Assembly: GCF_009696465.1 (NCBI RefSeq)
Contig: NZ_VULX01000009.1
Span: 37,537-101,536 of the forward strand
From: Inconstantimicrobium porci
GTDB lineage: Bacteria > Bacillota > Clostridia > Clostridiales > Clostridiaceae
Length of the DNA stretch: 64,000 nt
Direction: 5' to 3'
A program made the position numbers and the translations under genes. The notes beneath the pieces were generated by a model. It did not search any database. It was not told the origin of the DNA and worked only from the letters and a program-made list of their open reading frames with translations. Within the stretch, counting starts at the first letter, position 1. Each line of letters opens with the position of its first letter. This document shows positions 60,386 through 64,000 of the stretch, piece by piece.

Positions 60386-62395
60386 TTAATCTTCTGTCTT
60401 AAATCTATTAACTCTCTCTAATAAATCTTGTGACTTACATTTATTATCTTCAGCTGATTCCATTACGTCATTTTTCCTGCTATTGATACTTGTCATATTT
60501 TCAGCAATACTAAATGATGATTTTGATACAGAAGTTATTGCATCTGTTAATTCTTCTATATTTGCCGAAACATTACTCATAGAATCTGCTATTTCTTTTG
60601 ATGATTCTGAGAAATCCTCCATGATTCCCTTAAAGTTATCTCCGCTTTCTTTATAAGATAAAGTTATCTCAATAAGCTTTTCATAATCATTTAATATATC
60701 ATTTTCTACTACAGAAAGTAATTCTGACGATGTCTCTGAAAGTTCCCTTACTGCTTCTAATGTATCAGTAACACTATCCTGAATAGCATTAACAGTTGAT
60801 GCAGACTGCTCAGCAAGCTTTCTTACTTCCTCAGCAACTACTGCAAATCCCTTTCCTTGTTCTCCTGCTCTAGCTGCTTCTATTGAAGCGTTAAGTGAAA
60901 GAAGATTTGTCTGCTGTGATATATCAAGTATACTGTTAGACATAGATGATATATTTTCAACTACAGTTATCTTTTCAAGAGCATTTTTCAATTTGTTACT
61001 ACATCTACTAAATGCATTTTCTACATTTTTTCTTGATGATATAGCATCATAATATGCCTCTTGTGCTTCATGTTGTATTTTATCTACAAATTCAAGAGTA
61101 TTACTTGCCTTATTTGATGAAATTTCTGCATTTTGGTTAATTATTTGAGAAATAGAATTTACTTCTTCTATAGTTGCAGTACATTGTTGCATATTTGCTG
61201 ATATCTCTTCTGTTTCTGCTGCTGCAAGTTCAAGTTTATCTGACATATCAATAAGCATTTGATTAATACTATCACTGCTTTCTGATATATTATCACTATT
61301 GTTTTTAACTTTTCTTATAGCTGAACATAATTCTCCAACTCCCGAATTCAAATCATTAATTGTTTGTCCGAATTCGTTATTTCCAAGAACTTCACCTTTA
61401 TATGCTAAATTATATGATTGTAATTCTTTTGAATACTTTCTTATATTATTTATTTCCTTTATTAAATCTTTAGCAATTAATATTGATACAGCAACACCTA
61501 TAGCAACAAATATTATTGCAAAAATAAGCTGTGTAAATGCTAACTTATTAACGCCACCTAAAACTTCTTTATTTTTTGCTACAAGACATATTGACCAAGG
61601 TGTACCTTCAACCTTAGTATATGAAAGTACTAATTTTTCTCTATTAACTTTAAGTTCATCAATACTTGTTTGTCCCGAACTTATTTTACTAAATAAATCA
61701 TTTACTGCTGCTTCATCTTTTTTATCTGTACTAAGGCCTTCACTAAGTGTAGTTTCATTAAACACTAAGTTCATATCTTTATGAGCAACAAACTTACCTT
61801 CAGCATTGATCATAAAACCATATCCTGATTTTCCGTTTTTTATAGATTGAACAGTTTTATTTATATCATCTAGTTTAATTACTCCACATAAGTAACCTAC
61901 TGTTTCATTACCGTTTTTAATTGGCGTAACAATTGTTGTTATAGATTCTTTTTCTTCTTTTCTAATATAAGGTTCTGTTATAAACTCACCTTTTTCCTGC
62001 ATCGTCATAAAGAATTCTTCTTTAGATTGATCTAAAACTTCTGTTTTATCAGGATAATATCCAAACCCCTTTGGTGTAAGAACAAATAAATTATCGTATC
62101 CCCATTTATTTTTCTCTTCTATAAGTCTTGGCTTCTGTATATTCCAATCCATAGACTTTATTTCATCTATAGTTGCAATATATCTAAGTTCTTTTTTTCT
62201 ATCATTTAATTCAATCTCAACAATCCTTGAACTATCCTTTGTTTTTTCTGCTAAATTTTCAAAAGTTATATCTAATATATTAGAACTTGAACTATTGTAA
62301 GATAAAAATGATAATATTCCAGAAACGCATAATACTAATACTATTATCTGAAATCTAATCTTGTTTGCAATACTACGCACTGATCTTTTCTTCAT
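60386..62395 (-). CDS. Methyl-accepting chemotaxis protein with a Cache-type sensor (paralog B), located between the RR and HK genes
   Basis: Same architecture as 54247..56256. Identical DNA blocks include gcagactgctcagcaagctttcttacttcctcagcaactactgcaaatcc. Confidence 0.85.
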   Translation of the reverse strand: MKKRSVRSIANKIRFQIIVLVLCVSGILSFLSYNSSSSNILDITFENLAEKTKDSSRIVEIELNDRKKELRYIATIDEIKSMDWNIQKPRLIEEKNKWGYDNLFVLTPKGFGYYPDKTEVLDQSKEEFFMTMQEKGEFITEPYIRKEEKESITTIVTPIKNGNETVGYLCGVIKLDDINKTVQSIKNGKSGYGFMINAEGKFVAHKDMNLVFNETTLSEGLSTDKKDEAAVNDLFSKISSGQTSIDELKVNREKLVLSYTKVEGTPWSICLVAKNKEVLGGVNKLAFTQLIFAIIFVAIGVAVSILIAKDLIKEINNIRKYSKELQSYNLAYKGEVLGNNEFGQTINDLNSGVGELCSAIRKVKNNSDNISESSDSINQMLIDMSDKLELAAAETEEISANMQQCTATIEEVNSISQIINQNAEISSNKASNTLEFVDKIQHEAQEAYYDAISSRKNVENAFSRCSNKLKNALEKITVVENISSMSNSILDISQQTNLLSLNASIEAARAGEQGKGFAVVAEEVRKLAEQSASTVNAIQDSVTDTLEAVRELSETSSELLSVVENDILNDYEKLIEITLSYKESGDNFKGIMEDFSESSKEIADSMSNVSANIEELTDAITSVSKSSFSIAENMTSINSRKNDVMESAEDNKCKSQDLLERVNRFKTED

Positions 62396-62613
62396 AAATA
62401 ATATCTCTCTCCTTTTCCAAAAATAAAATAACCTAATAATTATTTCGTAACTAGCAAGTCATTTCTTAGACAATTATCTATTTATTTTTTATTTATTTTT
62501 GCATCATATTAAATACCAGCTAGTATTTTTTACATATATTTACAAAAGACCACACGTAATTGTATCTTAATTTCCTTAAAGTAAAAATACACCACAAAAT
62601 TTCTTAATCTTCA

Positions 62614-63282
62614 TCACACCATATAACCTATACCTTTTTTAGTTTTTATAAAATCCTTTAGTCCCATATCCTTTAGCTTGCTTCTAAGCCTCGTTATATT
62701 TACTGTCAATGTATTGTCATTGACAAACTCATCATCATTCCATAGACTCATCATTATTTTGTCTCTAGAAACAACCTTTCCTTTATTCTTTATAAGAATT
62801 CTCAATATCTTTATCTCATTCTTTGTAAGGTCTGTAGTCCTATTATCGTACATCAATGTGCACTTTTCTGTATCAAGAACTGCTCCATTATAGTACACAA
62901 GCGAATCACCTGCTACATAATCGTAAGCCCTTCTTAAAAGTGCATTTATTTTTGTAACAAGAACTTCCACTGAAAATGGCTTAGTTATATAATCATCAGC
63001 ACCATTATTTATCCCCATAATTATGTCCATATTTGAATCACGAGATGAAAGTAACAAAATTGGCACCTTAGAAATATCTCTTATTTTCTTACACCAGAAA
63101 AAACCATCAAAGAATGGCAGATTAATATCCATAATCACAAGCTGAGGCTTTTTTTCAACATATTCTTCTAAAATACCATCAAATTTCTCACATATAAATG
63201 TGTTAAATCCCCACTTATTAAGTGATGAACTAAGTTCACCTGCTAAATCTCTGTCGTCTTCAACTATATATATACTCTTCAT
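62614..63282 (-). CDS. OmpR-family response regulator (BceR-like)
   Basis: Receiver domain (DD..D...K) plus a winged-helix trans_reg_C domain. Confidence 0.85.
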   Translation of the reverse strand: MKSIYIVEDDRDLAGELSSSLNKWGFNTFICEKFDGILEEYVEKKPQLVIMDINLPFFDGFFWCKKIRDISKVPILLLSSRDSNMDIIMGINNGADDYITKPFSVEVLVTKINALLRRAYDYVAGDSLVYYNGAVLDTEKCTLMYDNRTTDLTKNEIKILRILIKNKGKVVSRDKIMMSLWNDDEFVNDNTLTVNITRLRSKLKDMGLKDFIKTKKGIGYMV

Positions 63283-63510
63283 GAAACTGCTCCTTTTATT
63301 GATAACTTATTATTAACTCATATTTAAAACCCTTTTTCCTTCTTTTATAATTATACTATATTTCCTCCGCTGTAAATTAAACACACAAAAAGGGGCTGTC
63401 GCACAACTAATTAGAAATTAGTTGTGTAGCGGCTCTTTTTTTCGTGCAAAAAAATAAATCCCAAACTCAAAGAGAATGGGATTTATGGTAAAATATAAAT
63501 ATGACCAAAT

Positions 63511-64000
63511 ACAGTATTTTACACAAATGGAGCTAGAATATAAATAGTACAAGTTAAAAGTGGATATTTCTCAAAAAGAGTTATAATAAAAATATGATGA
63601 ATTGGAGGAATTGAAATGAGTAAACAGTATGATAAGGAATTTAAGGAAAATGCAGTGAGATACTATAATGAACATGAAGATTTAAATCTAAAAAGATGTG
63701 CTACTAATTTAGGTATTGCTGCTTCGACTCTTGGTGATTGGGTTAAAAAGGCAGATATTAATAATGGTGAAGTACCAACTAGAGGATCAGGAAACTATTC
63801 AAGTGATGAAGCAAAAGAAAATGCAAAATTAAGAAAAGAATTAAAAGATACGAAAGATGCCCTTGAAATATTAAAAAAAGCCATAAGCATTCTGGGAAAA
63901 TGACACAAGCTATATTTATCGAAACTGCGAAAGCAGAAGATCTAGCAGTTAAAGATAAGAAACGCCGACTTAATGTCAGCGGAGTGCTTAGAATATTAGG
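63511..64000 (+). mobile_element. IS3-family insertion sequence (partial; continues beyond the window). The left boundary is approximate
   Basis: OrfA (63616..63903) has an HTH and leucine zipper. An A7G slippery motif (63874-63881) precedes the orfA stop, consistent with programmed -1 frameshifting into OrfB. Confidence 0.7.
63616..63903 (+). CDS. IS3-family transposase OrfA (HTH)
   Basis: MSKQYDKEFKENAVRYY...LGIAASTLGDWVKK, followed by a heptad-leucine region. Confidence 0.8.
   Translation: MSKQYDKEFKENAVRYYNEHEDLNLKRCATNLGIAASTLGDWVKKADINNGEVPTRGSGNYSSDEAKENAKLRKELKDTKDALEILKKAISILGK

Overview
This is an AT-rich (about 28-30% GC), Clostridium-like chromosomal segment in which most genes lie on the minus strand.

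Gene content, in order:
- An oligopeptide ABC transporter (oppD, partial, then oppC and oppB), followed by a tandem array of three full-length OppA-like family-5 substrate-binding protein paralogs and a decayed fourth copy. A flavin-reductase-like gene sits inside the array.
- An APC amino-acid permease, an AI-2E (YtvI-like) transporter and an ABC-F ATPase.
- A six-gene minus-strand cluster: MoxR AAA+ ATPase, DUF58 protein, multi-TM protein, ABC ATPase, large ABC exporter permease, and a 425-aa protein of unknown function with aspartate-rich motifs.
- A YtrA-type GntR regulator with an ABC module, and an ECF S-component.
- An orphan family-1 solute-binding lipoprotein placed directly next to a Cache-type methyl-accepting chemotaxis protein.
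- An HTH regulator with an ABC-2 permease and a truncated ABC ATPase.
- A 2-hydroxyacyl-CoA-dehydratase-like pair (HgdB fused to its activase, plus HgdA) divergent from gltS.
- A Cys/His-rich 60-aa protein and plsY.
- A dCMP-deaminase/P-loop-kinase fusion with the opposite domain order to the defensive AvcD/DCD deaminases.
- A long flotillin-like SPFH protein, an MFS transporter with an ArsR-type regulator, a truncated DJ-1/PfpI gene, cardiolipin synthase, type III glutamine synthetase, a CDF transporter and a CPBP protease.
- A BceRS/BceAB-like peptide-antibiotic sensing module. A Cache-MCP gene sits between its RR and HK genes, and a second MCP paralog flanks the module on the other side.
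- An IS3-family insertion sequence at the window end.

The most unusual feature is in the intergenic DNA, which is densely populated by at least three families of modular, hairpin-forming repeats. One family is a perfect 9-16 bp stem around a conserved 'TTCGAATCCTCCGTCG..CGCTCCAAGTC' core. Two of its copies form terminator-like hairpins immediately upstream of transporter ribosome-binding sites. No rRNA, tRNA or CRISPR array was detected.
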